From Eremomyces bilateralis CBS 781.70 (lineage: Eukaryota): a stretch of DNA of 64,000 nucleotides. The DNA lies in the NCBI GenBank assembly GCA_010015585.1, contig ML975166.1, one strand, 5' to 3'. The notes under the pieces are model-generated. The model saw only the letters and a program-made list of their open reading frames with translations, made no database searches and had not been told where the DNA came from. Below are positions 23,716 through 38,094 of this stretch, one piece after another. Positions within the stretch are counted from its first letter, which is position 1. Each line of letters begins with the position of its first letter. A program made the translations under genes and the position numbers.

Positions 23716-24691
23716 TCACCTAAGCCCCGCCAGTCTCCGATCCTGCGTCTCGGTCAGGGCTCGGCTGCCCGACAAGAAGGCAACCACGCCCACCACGCTC
23801 ACAGCCGGCAGCACCTGGAAGAGGTTCCAGCTGGTATAGTACAAGAAGAAGACGCCCTCCAGCGCGACCACGGAGCCGAAGAACAGCACGTGGGCCACCG
23901 GCGCCTGGGAAAACGCCTTCGGGGCATGGTCCACGTTCGCTCCCAGCATCGCCCAGCCCACCAGCAATGCCGGCAACGCAGCTAGCGTCGCCAGGGTGAA
24001 GACCAACGAGATGATCTTTGGGGGACTTTGCGGGTCGGAACGGAAGATGTGGTGGATCTCAGGAAGCTTTCCATATCGAACTGGCTTCTCGGGGATCGAA
24101 ATGGGGGCCGCCAGGTCGCGGGAAATGTCGACCGTGAAGGCAGGGACATTGTATGGAGTGGACGATCCGAACGAGCCGATGATTATGGAGGCTTGAAGGG
24201 AATCCGAGGATGTGAGGAACTGGATGGGAAGGTCTTTATGTGTCTAATAAAGTCGGTCAGCAAGGGCTAGGCCGCGCATGTATGGAGTCCTTACAATTTC
24301 CACCTTGCCTTTCCCTGAATCACTGATGCTGAACGGGAAACTCTCCTCCAAGCGTGTGTCCTGATCATGGAGCACCAAAAACGCCTGATGTGGCCTTCGC
24401 CCCGTTTTCCCTTCTTTGGCCGTCAGGACTATCTTGAGCGTCTCTCCCGTCCCAAACGACAGCGGATTCACCACGGTGGAGCCTGGGACGATGCTGTCAT
24501 GACCGTTAAACACCAAACCGACAGCCCCACCCATTGACCACGACTTACCTTTCTTTCGATCGCGCGGCATTGCCCGCACCCTTCCCTTGTACGATCACGG
24601 AGGCATCGGAGAAGCTCCAGGACGATGCGGCAGATGTCAGGAAGGCATTGCCCAGGGTCAGCCAGAGGGTAGATGTGCTAAAGAACCTCAT
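23716..24691 (-). CDS. SWP1: Oligosaccharyltransferase subunit ribophorin II (Swp1)
   Basis: Signal peptide followed by SSWSFSDA, RPHQAFL, RYGKLPEIHHIFRSDPQSPPK, three TM segments, and SGSRALTETQDRRLAGLR. Confidence 0.9.
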
Positions 24692-24914
24692 CGCTACGAC
24701 GAGCGTGTGAGAGCACTGGAGAATGTGGTGGCAGGTTTGATAGAGATATCAAGCTCATGTAGTAGCTGGTAGGTTGTCTGTCCATCTGTTTGTAGACTGG
24801 AGTGAGGACACGAAATCCATACAGGGGTCGCGTCATGGGCAGGGACTCAAGTTAGTGCCTTAATGCCTGAGGACAGCAACACAAGTCCAACAAACTGTCC
24901 AAGGATTTACTTTG

Positions 24915-24935
24915 GCACGTGACCATGCACGTGAC
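24915..24935. promoter_or_regulatory. Tandem CACGTG E-boxes in the SWP1/MRPS12 divergent promoter
   Basis: GCACGTGAC occurs twice (24915-24923, 24927-24935). A bHLH (Cbf1-like) site is inferred from the motif only. Confidence 0.45.
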
Positions 24936-25104
24936 TTTGAGCATTGAAACATCCAAGGTGCTGACAATCTCCAATTAATCTCGCGATACTATGTTACGGC
25001 CATCGCAAGATCCAGAAGACAAGCAACCAGACCAGCACGGTTCCCCAGAACTCCAGGTATCCAAGGACTGACCACTGCCTTGCCAATTGGCAAGAATCCG
25101 CGCC

Positions 25105-25741
25105 ATGCGACCAACATCATGCCTGCGCCTGTTCGCCGGGCTCCGGATCTCTGAACCGTCCCTGCACCTCCGCCCGTCCTCAATCCGACCGCTCGCACTC
25201 CCTCAAACCACGCCGAAACGGACCTTCTCCCATTCCCCCGTATCGCACACGACCTACAACCAGGTCCTCCGCGGCTGCCGTGTCGCCCAGCGCGCGCGAC
25301 AGAAGCGCTCTCCGGCCCTGACCAATCGGCCGGAGATGAAGGGCGTCTGCCTACGGGTCACCACGACGAAGCCGAAGAAGCCCAATTCGGGGGACAAGAA
25401 GATTGCGAGGGTGCGGTTGAGCACGGGAAAGGAGATTACGGCGTATATTCCAGGGGAAGGTAGGGTGATTGGGCATGTGAATGGATGGACGGGGCTAATG
25501 GAGTTGCAGGACATAATATCCAGCAGCATTCGGTGGTGTTGGTGAGAGGTGGGCGGGCGCAGGATATACCCGGTGTCAGGTATAAGCTGGTTCGGGGCGC
25601 CTTTGACCTGGTACGTCAAAGCTCGATTGCACGATTGCACGGCACCTTGAACCTTGACTAACATTTCATGTCTAGGGCGGTGTTGGAAACCGGCGGGGGG
25701 CACGATCGAAATTCGGAACAAAGAAGCCCAAGACAGTATGA
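25105..25741 (+). CDS. MRPS12: Mitochondrial ribosomal protein uS12m
   Basis: Presequence, then [70 protein letters not shown]; two introns. Confidence 0.95.
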
Positions 25742-25951
25742 TGTACCTGTGCATGTATAGTAGTCTTCGAGAGCATTTGCGTGGCGTTTACGGAGGATGG
25801 AAAGCACGGGAGGTTTGACGAAACCTTGTACAATCAATGACGACTTTTAGCTCTATATAGCGTCTCTACCGGATGGATATATGAGCTCAAATACTGTAGA
25901 AGTAACACCATTTGATCGCCTCCAAACATAGATAGAATTTAGTGTTTATAG

Positions 25952-28900
25952 TCAGTCTACCTCGTCCTGCTCGGGATCCTGCTTGTCCGCCGATTTTTCC
26001 TCTTCTTTGAGCTTCGGCTGCTTCTTTTGCACCTTTGTTTCTTCGGGGAACAACTCGGCGAAAAGGTTCGGCAGGAACCGGTCTAAGCGTGTCCACGTTT
26101 CATTCCATAGCTCCTCTTGCTCCGGCTTCTCGTTGGGAGAAGCGAGATAGCCGCCACTCGACATGACCAGCAAGATATTTTTCAAACTTTCCGGAACAGC
26201 CTCTTCCTGTGTCAAGTTAGTAATTGCAAAAAAATCCGTGCGCGCAACGTACTAAGTTGTCGCCCTGGCCACTATTCATCAGCCGGTCCATGATGCTCAA
26301 GATCTTGATCCATAAATCCAACATTCCCTCCCACTCCGACAAGGCCACCAGATAGTGTAGGAAGATCTTGCATAGCATCGTGGCAGCTTGCACCCGCGTT
26401 TCGCCCATGCCCACAGGATCGGACTGGAAGACTTCCGGCTTTAGTAGTTGGTTGATGAGCGGGAAAAGCACGTCGCCGAAAATCGCCGTCCATTCCGTGT
26501 GGTCCGGAGAGGTGAGATCTTTCGATAGAAGCGTCCGCTGGAGACACGAGAGGGCGTGGTGCCGAACCTCCCGGCATGGATTCAGACACTGCATGGTCAG
26601 CGCTCGGAAAATCGGAGACCAGTACGCGTTCCATGCTTCCGTGGCTTCCAAGTGGGACTGTTCAATAAAGGTAGGGATGCGCCCCGTCACGGTGTAGATC
26701 AGATGGATCGACGTGACTCCACGAGCGACTACATCGTTTTCCTTCAGCTTCACCGGCTTCTTCCCCCGCCGGGCCGCATGATCCCGTCTCTGCTCGTCGA
26801 TCGTGCCGATGCTTCCGGCGGTTGCAAAATTGTTCAGCAGCTCGATGGCTCGTTCGTAGTTGTCGGAGCTGAGGCAACTGTGGGGTCCCGTGATGAGCTG
26901 CTCGGTGAGGGAGAACACCTTGGGTGCTTCGTCGGCGATGGCATGCAGCGAATCGAGGATAGACCAGAAGTCGGGAGACGTGACGAGCTCGTTGCGGAGA
27001 CCGGAAGGGGTTTCAATGCATTCCGACAGGCCGCGAATGAGAGGTGCTGCGGTGTTTTGTAGGAGCTCCTGATCGAAGCTGGAGATCTGATGAAGGACGA
27101 CGGGTGCTCGGATGAAGTCATGGTTCTATAAAACGTCAGAATCAAAGAGAGAAGGATCCAACATTTTTACGCACGCCGCTGGCTTTCAGAAGGCTGAAGA
27201 GGTAGAAGACTGCTCGAGAAATTACGATGTAGTGGAAGTTCGATGCATCGCGAATGACCGATTGAAGCGCCTCTGCGGCATCTTTTCCCAACGTCTCGAT
27301 CGAGGGCTCGTCCCGGAGCGTGAGTATTGTTGCGAGTTCGAGAATGAAGACGGTTCGAGAATCATATACAGCCGCAGTATTTCGGGCCTTGTGTCCATTC
27401 GGTCGGATTGGACTGGGGGGAGGCATCTCGGGTTTCACAACGATCACTCGTGGGGAGGCATCCTCGGGGAGCTGGGATAGAAGAGCCGAGACAAGAGAAT
27501 TGAGCGTGTTTAGCGGCATTTGACTTGGTTCGGTCAGTCCGTGTCCTTCACTTGAGAGGGCCCGACTTACCTGATGTTGGCAAACACCTCCTCAATGTTG
27601 CAGGTACCGATGCAATCGACCGTGCAAAGCGTGTATTCAAGCTCCTGGTCGGATGGCTCCGGCGGTTCGTCATTCGCGAAACTGGAGACATATGAGGACA
27701 ACGTCGAGAACAAGCCGCCAGCCTCGCTATTTCGCTCCCCACGGTCAATGATTTGGACCGGTGGCTGCAATGGAATGGGCGGAAGGTCGAGATTGAGTTT
27801 AATAGTCCCTCCAGGGGCAGGAATCAACGAGTTCACGAAAAGGTTGAGGAAGATCCGAACCACCTAGACGATGCGTCAGTGATGTGCCTCAACTTTGAAT
27901 CATTCAACTTACCGGTGTCCAGCCGTCCCGAATGGCTGCCTCGTTCCCATTAATCACCTTGAACAGGACGACCACAGCCAATTGCGCTCTAAAATCGCGA
28001 CCAAACCGTACCGCCGTCTCACTGACCATGACGCTCTTCTCTCCCGCCTGCACTTCCGTGTTCAGGGATGTATTCGGCGGCGTCTCGGATGCAAGGGTGC
28101 TGATGGAGCTGAGACAGAAAATGATATGATCTAGAGCTTCGTTCACATTGTACTTCGCCGCCAGCTGTGCGCATTGATGAAAGCCGGTAATCACGCGGGA
28201 GAAGACGGCGTCATCGGATGCGGACATAAATACATAGGACAGCGTGGAGACGATCGGTTTCCAGGTCGCGGCGAAAACGTCGGCATCAAAAATATTCGTG
28301 TCGCAAAGGATGAGGTCGGAGGAGGTGGAGACTTTCATGAGCAGCTCTTTCCAGCCATGGTCGTATGCATGCTTGGTATTGTGCTCTTCCGGGAGAATGA
28401 TCTCGTTGGTTTTGATGGAGTCGTAGATGTCTTGCAGAAACTGCGGATCGAAGTCATCGCCGCTATTGACTCCCCGTAAATTCCTCGAGAAGTCGAGGAT
28501 GGTCATCCGAGCTGCGGATTTCAGGTTGGGATTATGTTGATCCGTATTAAGCATGATGATTGCATATGTCAAGACAAATGCGGCATCTTTATCCGCGATG
28601 CCTTCGGGAGCCGCCATTCTGCAGTATTTCTCCGTGAATATGGTGACGATCCGTTCGATGAGAGCGGATTCGCCGGGGAGGCGGAATGTATGAAGGAGTT
28701 GTCTAAGTGCTTCGTCTATCCTTTGACCGGAAAAGTTGAAACTCTCCATGAACGCATCTAGAATCTCCTCGTTATTCCTCTTGGAGATAAAGTCTCCAAG
28801 GACCCTTTTATCGACTCGTGAAGTGGCTTTCAGGAAATGCGCGACCGAATGTGGGCTATTCGGATCGTCGATTACGCCTTGAGAGGCAAGGAAGGCGATG

Positions 28901-30920
28901 CCCCCTTTCGGGTTTTCGTTGAATTTGCTTGCACCTTTGATGATGACGGTCTTCAAGCGCCGCCGCTCGCGAAGTCTCTCCAAGTCGGGCAGCGCTCGTG
29001 GGCAATGCTCGTCATCCAATCGATCGGACATGGACTGTATTAATCCCAAGAGCGAGTCGAGACATAAAGGAGGAACATTTGTGGTACTCCAGGTTGCGGA
29101 GTCCGGAATGGCATTTCGCGATAACAGCCCCACCATGTCCATGCAGAGGTCGTTTCGATCCACGTCGCAATCGTAATTGACGAAGAGCTCCGCCATGAAA
29201 GCGGGCAAGCGAACCAGCGCACCGATGCTCTCTATCATTGCTTCCCGGGCCTCCGGCCTCCGTTGCCCCCCCTCCAGGCCAAGTTTCTGACGGTCCTTGA
29301 CCGGTACGGGTGTGGAACGGCCGCTGGAATGCCCTTGATTGTTCTGGGACGAGGGCTTAGCTAGACTCGCAGTTTGGGGGATGCCGGCATACAGCCGTGG
29401 GTCGATCCCGGGCTCGTGCGGAATCTCGACTCGTGGAAACAGGCACGTAATCAGGTACGAAAGGAAGAGCTCTTGCTGAAGCTTGAGGACCTTTCGACAT
29501 GTAGCAAGAAGCGTGCCTGCCACACGAAGGGATTCGTTAAGGATGGCCATATTTTCCGACCGAACCAGTTGGAAGAGGTGGCGGCAGAGGGTGTCTTTTG
29601 CTAGCGATGCTAGGCTGGGATGGTTTGCAATGGACGGCCCCGCAACTTCGAGGGCAACGTCCACGATCCGGAGGGCCATGATCCGCATGGTATCCGTTCG
29701 CTGTTTGTCATGCGGATCCAACAGATCCACGAGAACGCGGAGAAGCTCTCGTATGGATGGGAGGGAGTACGGCTTGATCTCGGCAGTATCCTCCGTGGCC
29801 TCTGCTTCTGACAAGTCCAGCTGACTCGCATTGAGATCTTTGGTTGTATCCTCGGTATCGCCTTCCGACGTTCTCTCCGCACTGCCATTCGAAATAGTAT
29901 CCTCATTCTTGCTCTCGGGGACCGTGAGTTCATTGCCAGCGACAGCGGAATCCATTCTCACGGACTCCATGTCATGCTTCGTTTTCTCATCCAGCGCAGT
30001 CGGCTTGTCCCCTGCCTCCAGTTCAAGGTGCTTCAAGCGCTCGAATATCACCTGACACATCGAGACCATAGATATCTCTGCCGCCCTTCTCAGGACTTCG
30101 GACAGCCGATTCTGGCTACACATGCTCAGCCCCGTCTCCATCAGCTCACAGACGCTCTCGTCACCGAGAATGTCGCCGACGGGGCCCGAGATCATCCGTT
30201 CCATGAGTTTCAATATCCTCAGGAGGACCACATCATCTGCGGCGTTATCGGAAGCTTCGAAGCGGCAGTGGGTGATTGCGGACGAGAGGAGCTGCATTGC
30301 AAGCGGTAGTCGCGGAGAAGCTTTGGAAATTATGTCATATGACAAGAATTTCGTAATGGCAATGAGCGCAAGAGATGTAATCGGTGCGGTAGTTGAGGAT
30401 GATCGAATGACTTGAAGGAAAGGGTGAAGCAGAGAGGGAGTATCGAAGGTTTTGACGTCTATCCAATACACGTTAGTATTGATGGCATCAACCCTCAGAG
30501 ATGGTGTGGCCAACCTTTACAACCCTTCAGCTCACCCCGCAGCTTTGAAAACGCGCTCATGAGGGGGTTATCTTGCAGGCTCTTCCCCTTCTTTCCCCTA
30601 AGTCCCCAGCGGCTGGCAAGAGCCTCACCCTCCGCATCCTCCTCTTTTCGCTTCAGATCGCTGGCGAGCGGCTTCGCCAAACCCGACGTAACACCTCCCC
30701 CCAGGATTGCTGATACGCTTGAATGTGCCCAGCGGGCATGTTTCCGCATGGCACTCGTGACCGTGATACACTCGGTCATAACCAGGGCGACGGGGTCGAC
30801 CGCCACTGATATCGACGAGAGTCGCATGAGGTTTGGCTGTGTTTCCGACGCAACTCGGTCGGGGGGGGGATATGGAGCGCGCCCGCTCGAGGCGACTCTG
30901 TGACTTATATCATGGTCCAT
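25952..30920 (-). CDS. GEA2: Large ARF guanine-nucleotide exchange factor (Gea1/2, GBF1 family; Sec7 domain)
   Basis: DCB motif ITHCRFEASD, HUS box FVNYDCD, Sec7 motifs FRLPGESALIERI and YAIIMLNTDQHN, and HDS domains to the C-terminus. Confidence 0.93.
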
Positions 30921-31403
30921 CGTGGGGTGAACGAGCGGTTAGGTGTAACCCTCGGTCTTCCTGTGGTGCTGTCGGAACCCTTCCTCGTAGTCCTCGATCA
31001 TTAATGGAGCTGGGCAGCATTCTGTAGGAAGGAGGACGGCAATTCCATGCTAGCAGTGTTCAACGTGAAATAGAGATTACAAGAAAGGAATCGTTTCGTC
31101 TCTGAAAGATGCAGCTCTTGTTAACTGCGAACGGGGAAATTCGGCGTGTATGGTGAGGCCACATGGGAAGTTCAATTGACTGTCAAGCTGTTGGTCGTTG
31201 ACTCCAGTAGATGCCTAACAATTGGTGCCTTAACTCCTTAAATCCATTTGCACAGAATTGATTAACATGAGTCAGCAAGTCAGCGTTGGAGCCTGGAGAA
31301 TACATCGCCCATCGGTTCTTCTATCCATCACATTCCATCAAAACGGCATCAAAGTTGAAGGTGAAATTAATTGGATCTCGTAAAGATCCTTTGAAATTTC
31401 ACC

Positions 31404-33211
31404 ATGGTACCGAAAGAATCCGCGCGTGAGAGCGCCGACACGCCTGAGCCCGTGGAGAAGGGTTTTGCGACTCTCTCGACATTGCAGTAAGTGGCACTAC
31501 ATCTATATGGTAACGTTCGATCTAACATCAACTTGTAGAGTTGGAGTGAAGGCGTTTGTTGAGAAAGTGAGTAGCGCCTTGCGTTTATGTCTTATATCAT
31601 CAGCATCTTTGGCATCTCATGCTCAACCATAACCACCCCCCTTTAATTGGGCCAGCTGGTGCTTGGGAAGCATGTCACCCCAATAGCATCGAAATTCCAC
31701 GCACTGTTATGTGTTCTTATCGTTTGAGCGTTACTAACGCAGTACTTCAGGAAGGCGAAAAACGCAAAGCCGAGATTCTTGCCATCCAAAGCAAGAAGGG
31801 GAAGCTAGCCTTCTACGTGCATTACGAGGAGTTCAACAAGCGTCTCGATGAATGGGTCCCGGAAGGTCGCATCGACCTCTCAAAAGAGGTGGAATGGCCT
31901 GCCCCAGAGAAGCCCGAAAAGAAGAAAGCCGCCCAGACCTCCAAAGCGAGCAACAAATCCAAAGCCGATGCCGCGCTTGCCCAAGCGTTACGAGACAAGA
32001 AGAACCCCAAGCGCGCACAGCAGCGCCAAGCAAGACTTGATCGCGAACTGTCTGGCACGCCGGACTCGCAGAGCATCAATCTGCCGGGTAAGGTGTCTCG
32101 AGCAAGCAAAGCCGGAGGCAAAGAAAATCGGGAGATCAAGCAAGACAAGGACTCCGTGACCGTCATCTCGGAAGTGATCGACGGCACGCCGAAAGCCGAA
32201 GATGAAGATATGGTGGATCTGATGGAGATGGCCGACGCCGCAGCGGCCGCGAAGGCGCAGGCGCCCCACGAGCCGTTCAGCCGGGAGGAGGAGATCGAGA
32301 AACTGCGCACCGGCGGCTCCATGACGCAGAACCAGACTGAGATCTCCCGCGTGCGGAATCTGAGCCACATCCAGATGGGGAAGCACGAGATCGAGCCGTG
32401 GTACTTCAGTCCGTATCCGCAGGAGTTCTCAGAGGTGGACATGGTGTACATTTGCGAGTCGTGCTTGTCGTACTTTGGCGGGCTGAAGCAATTCACGAGA
32501 CACCGGGCGAAATGCTCGCTGCTTCACCCGCCCGGCAACGAGATTTACCGGGACGAATATGTCTCGTTCTTCGAGATCGACGGCCGACGGCAGCGGACAT
32601 GGTGCCGAAACCTGTGTCTTCTATCGAAACTATTCCTCGACCACAAGACGCTGTACTACGATGTCGATCCGTTCCTCTTCTACTGCATGGCCATCCGAGA
32701 TGAGCATGGCTGCCACCTCGTCGGGTACTTCAGCAAAGAGAAAGAGAGCGTCGAGGGGTACAACGTCGCCTGTATCCTGACGCTGCCCCAGTATCAGCGC
32801 AAGGGATTCGGCAAACTCCTCATCGATTTCAGCTACGAACTATCGAAGCGGGAGGGCAAGCTCGGGAGCCCCGAGAAGCCTCTCAGTGACCTGGGGTTGC
32901 TGGGCTACCGCGCCTACTGGCAAGAGACCATCGTCGATCTCCTGATGGACGGACGGACGGACGCCAACATCGAAGAGCTGGGCGCGACGACAGCGATGAC
33001 CACCAACGACGTCTTACATACGCTGCAGAATCTGAACATGATCAAGACGTCGAAGAACCAGCACGTCATCGTCCTCACCGATGCGGTGGTCGCGCAGTGG
33101 AAGAAGCAGAAGGAGAAGGAGAAGATCAAGGGGAAAAGGACGATTGATTCGGATAAATTACAGTGGCGACCACCGGTCTTCACGGCGTCCTCTCGAACCT
33201 GGAACTGGTAA
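31404..33211 (+). CDS. ESA1: MYST histone acetyltransferase Esa1 (NuA4 catalytic subunit)
   Basis: Tudor-knot [20 protein letters not shown] motifs [64 protein letters not shown]. Confidence 0.96.
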
Positions 33212-34866
33212 TGCTAGTCCTTTTTCCACGTTATGTGGTTTGAGCAAGGACGTCATGGTAGGAGGGGGATTTCGGAATGCGGCGTTAGGATTTGTATGTT
33301 TGGTCGATACCCAGAGCGTACCTTGTATGGTTACAGCGCATTTGTTAGCAATATGAAATCAGGAAGATCCCACCCTCGAACAAGTCCATCGAGTGACGCG
33401 AAGTTAAGCAATTCGACCATCGCCTGTCCCTAGTTCATGGATATTAAATGCTACCGGGACCGGGACGCTTGTATCGGTAGCCGTGGAGAATTTGCCGGGA
33501 TTTGACGCCCGATGGCCAAGTGTTAATATAATATGCCGCATAAATAGCTATTTTCGGACATCCCAGTGCTTCCATTGAGCTTGATTTGAAGTTTGAATTC
33601 TCTAAAGTGTGAACCCTAAAGAAGTCGAGACACGGTATGATGGGAAATGGTACTATAGACTGTTACGAATCAAGGTCCAGTATACCATCATTCATAGAAT
33701 TGGGACCGTATGAACGATGAACTACGGAATAAATCATTCCGAACTATGAAGTATGAACTGAATGGTCTATAATTAGATCAGGCTCTAGCCAGATGCTAGT
33801 TGCTCCATAGCCCCGTAACTCTCGGAACTTGGCCCTGGGCTTGGATGATTGGATCATGGACCACTTACAGTCTTCACCACGTTGTCTCAAGACTCCCAGG
33901 AGGGTTTTTTTTTGTAGGGAAGTTAGGGCTTGAGCCAGGGAAGCGGGAAAGCTGGTTGCCAAACATCAGGGGCGGAAGTGCGGCGGCTGTGACGTTGTGC
34001 AACCGCTAACCAAGTGACCCAACAACTTCGATAAAATGCATCCTCTGAAAAGTTTCCGGTTCTCCGTATGGTAAGGCACAGTCAGCATCGGCCCGGAAGT
34101 CAAAGGTCGTTACAAGTCATGGGGCGAGCAGCCGATCTCGAGTTCTGGACTTCTGAGTTCTGATGCACTCTTTGGAGGCGCTGAAAGGGAGATAGTCGAA
34201 TGCCGATCCTCATTTCTCTTAAGTCTTAGACCTCCAGCGCACATTTCATAAAGACAATACCCCACGGTACGATACATACCGATATGCAGCCTGCCTCTTG
34301 TGGGCTGCAATATTCCGCACGCCATTCCGTTACAATTGTATTCTAGCGCTTAGCCTCATTAGGATTTAGGAGAGACAAGACGCGCCATTTTTGACGACGG
34401 TGACCACGCCTCCGACGAACCCGCTCTCCAGTCTTACCTTGTCACTTCACCGAGCCACAGCTCACTCATCACCACTCCCCTTGTTCCCTCGTCGACCGCC
34501 CAACCTTTCGCTCTTGATTCGGAGGATTCTTTGGATTCATTGCGTCGTTGCTGTTCCCTCATCCTGACTCCATCCGATCATGTCTTCATTGTCTTCATTT
34601 TCTTCATCGCCTTAATCACCTTCGTGACCCATACCAGCATCTTCCATCCACTGCAATCGAGGATCGGCGCCTTATTCCCAGACCCTGACCGCCCTCCCGC
34701 TTAAAGACCCTTTATGCGAACCTTATATGTGACATCGTAGCAGCACCGATTCCCTCGCAAATAGGGCCAACCGAGTTCCGTCGCTCCCTCCCTCCCTCTC
34801 GTGGGAACGTACATTAAGTTGCTTTCCCATTTCCGCGCCGTTGGCTTCCGTGGCCTCCGCCTGGCC

Positions 34867-36288
34867 ATGGCTTCCTGGTCCGACATGAAGTTCACCTCCT
34901 ACGCCTCCCTCCTCGAAGACCCACGCCTCTCCAACTCCCTCCGCCGCACCCGCACCCTCGTCCACCAGCACCAACCCTTCGTCATCTTCCTCGCCTTTTG
35001 CGCCTTCATCCTGATCTGCATACAGCTGCCCTGGGCGTCGACCGACCACATCGGCGGCTTCACCAGCAAGTTTCACAGCCAGATCACCTCGAACGGGACG
35101 ATCACGCCGGGGAATGGGACGATCGAGTTCGTGCCTACGATCCAAGATGGCGTGGCACCACAGACGGGGGGCGCGCGGGCGCGGTATGCGAAGGTCGCGG
35201 TGGCGAGCGGGTTCGAGGATATCTTGTACGAGCGGGCGATCGAGACGCATGTGCAGCATGCGTTGAGGCATGGCTACCCGCTGTACATGGCGAGAGAGCA
35301 AGCGGCGGATGGGATGTTCAACAAGGTCGCGTACATTATGAACATTTTGCTGAACGAGCTGTACAAACCAGCTGAGGAGCGAGTGGAATGGTTGTTGTAC
35401 GTCTTCTCAATCCTCCTTGGACACCTTTCCTGTCTAACCGTGTTATGCTCAGTTACTTCGACGTGGACTCAGTCGTCATGAACCGCGAGATACCCCTCGA
35501 GATTTTCGATACCCCCTCCGACTTCCACCACATCAACTGGATGGCCGGAAAAGACTGGAACGGTCTAAACGCCGGCGTCTTCCTCCTGCGCGTGTGTCCC
35601 TGGTCCCTCGAGCTGCTGACCCGCGTCATGACCCACAGGCACTACCACCCGACAGAGGACTACACCTTCGAGGAGCAGTCCATCCTGGCACGCCTCACCG
35701 AAACCGACGACAAGTTCAAAGAACACAGTATCTACGTCCCCAAGTCCTGGATCAACGCCTACTTCTACAGCCTACACGAAGTCAAGCCGGGGTTACTCCT
35801 CTCGCACTTCCCGCATCCGGACTACAAGTGGCACATCTACGAGTGGCTCAAGGTCATCGAGACCGACGCAGAGGACAACGCCAAGCCGATCTACAACAAG
35901 CCCGTGCACGAGACGGATTATCCCAAGGAAATCAAGAAGTTCTGGTCCGTCAAGCGCCGCGTGGATAAGGCGTTGAAGGGGTTCGAGCGGAACGTGGCGC
36001 GCGGAGCGGACCCGATCCAATTCGGACTGCAGCATGAGGAGACCAAGGCGCTGGCCGAGGACTTCAGAACCAAGCTGGATAAGCTGAAACACGAGGCGCG
36101 GTTCAAGACGGATAGTCCGGATGAATTGGACAACATGATTACCGAAGCAGAAGAGGTGAGCTCGAGTCTGTGGGCAAACATAATAGCTACTGTGACTGAC
36201 CACGATATAGGCCAACGCGAAACTCATCTCCGAACTCATGGCTTACTTCGAGACGCATGATGACCCACCTTCCGTTGCAGGCTTCTAG
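34867..36288 (+). CDS. Glycosyltransferase family 34 (Mnn10/Gma12-like), type II membrane protein
   Basis: TM segment, HALRHGYPLY, FNKVAYI, EWLF/YFDVDSVVMN (DxD), DWNGLNAGVFLLRV, FEEQSIL, WINAY; two introns. Confidence 0.88.
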
Positions 36289-36978
36289 AAATGATTTTGT
36301 TTTCACTCAGCGTGTCTATTTAACTAGGCGACACATCAAAGGCGACCGAAAGAACAATCGCATCGTTCCCGTAGGTGTGCCTTTTCCCCACCGCTCGCAC
36401 GGAGAGTGGCTGTTCTCCAGCCCTTCAATGGGCTACATTCCTCCGTCCGGCGTCATATTTCGCGACATCGGATCGCGAACATTATCTGTACATAAACTCT
36501 AAGGGCATTTCCGGCGTCAACCTAGAATGATAGGAAAAGGCAGGGAACGGCGTCTGGAAAATCTCTATTGCACTGGCGAAGGAAATATGAATAGCGAGGA
36601 TGGTAACTAGATGGGGATTTCGATGTGATAGTGGGACCTGGCTGGATATTTGGCGTCAATGGGGTACATATTGGATGCGCTGAGAAATGTTTCGAAAGGG
36701 AGGAATACCTTCAGATGAAAAATCAATGATCTTTTAGACAACTGCTCAACTCCATACACACTGAGTTCTCTGTGTGACTAGAATCTAGACCAGACGTTCA
36801 TCACTTCTGGACGCCAAGATTTTAGCCCGCAAGTTGCAGCGAGAGCCCTGTCCATAATAATAATTAAGTCCATCTCCGCTTGAACTTCGACCTGGATTTT
36901 ATACAAATCTAAAACATTCCCGCCTCCCGCATCTTTGTCTTCCCTCACCCACGAGTACGATAATGCACACTTGCCTCA

Positions 36979-37972
36979 ATGTCCGATAGAAGACGAATCA
37001 ACCCGCCCCCAGGCGGCACCTCCGCGCCCGTCTATGCCTCCTCCACCGCTTCCCCCCTTCCCCCCACGCGAACCCGCCGTCCCGACGAGCTGCGCAAAAT
37101 CTGTACGTGCCACAGTATCCTATTTGATCCCCAGCATGCTAACCCCTCACCCAGTCCTCAAAACCCACATCACCCCCTCCGCCACCGGCTCCGCCTACCT
37201 CGAACTCCCCCCCTCCCCCTCCCCCACCCCTTCACTCTCACACTCTCAATCCCCCTCCCTCAAGCTCACCGCCACCGCACACCTCGCCCCACTCCCCCGC
37301 TCAGCGCCCTTCACCCCGAACCTCTTAGTGTCCGTACACGTCAAGTTCGCCCCGTTCGCCAGCCCCATCCGCCGCGGCTACATCCGCGACGCCGGCGAGC
37401 GCGAGCTGAGCGTCCGCGTGGAGAACGCGCTGCGCGGCGTGATCATCGCGGAGCGGTGGCCGAAGATGGGGTTGGATCTCAGCATAGTAGTGTTGGAAGG
37501 GGAGGAGGAGGGACCGGCGGCGATACAGGTTGGGGAGAAGGACGCGGGGGGTGCGGCGAGGAAGACGGAGGCGTGGTGGGCGACGATGACGATGTTGGCG
37601 GGGTGTGTCAACGTTGCGGCAGCGGCGGTGGTGGATGCGGGGATTGATTGCGTGGATGCGGTGGCGGGGGGGGTGGCAGCGATGGTCCCTGCGAACACCG
37701 CGGGGGGGAAAGGGGGAGTGGAAGTGGTGCTAGACCCGGTGCCGAGGGAGCACGGGGATATCATTGCGGCGGCAGTAGTCGCGTATTTGCCGACGAGAGA
37801 CGAGATCACGGAGTTGTGGGTGAGAGGGGATCCGCGCGCGGCGGGGGGAGAGAAGGGGTTGGAGGATTTGGTGGACGCGGCGGCGAGTGCGGCGGTTGGG
37901 GCGCGGACGGTGATCCTCGAGGCTGCGAGGGAGGAGGTGCAAGGACGGGTGGAGGCGACGGAGGGGGTATAG
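36979..37972 (+). CDS. MTR3: Exosome RNase PH-ring subunit (Mtr3-like)
   Basis: MSDRRRINPPPGGT...RRPDELRKI, intron, then LKTHITPSATGSAYLE, VKFAPFA...RRGYIRD, WPKMGLDL, and AAVVDAGIDCVD. Confidence 0.85.
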
Positions 37973-38094
37973 AATGGGCTTTGGGCTCTACAGGGAGTGG
38001 CTCGATCAGATCTTTGCTGCATAGCGACGGCGTCATGTGTTGAAAGTCGAGACATGGTCAATGTTGACACTTATGCCTTGGTATTAGAATGGTT

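Noticed and set aside
31567..31750. Long ESA1 intron as an ncRNA host
   Set aside because: No C/D or H/ACA boxes or convincing stem seen.
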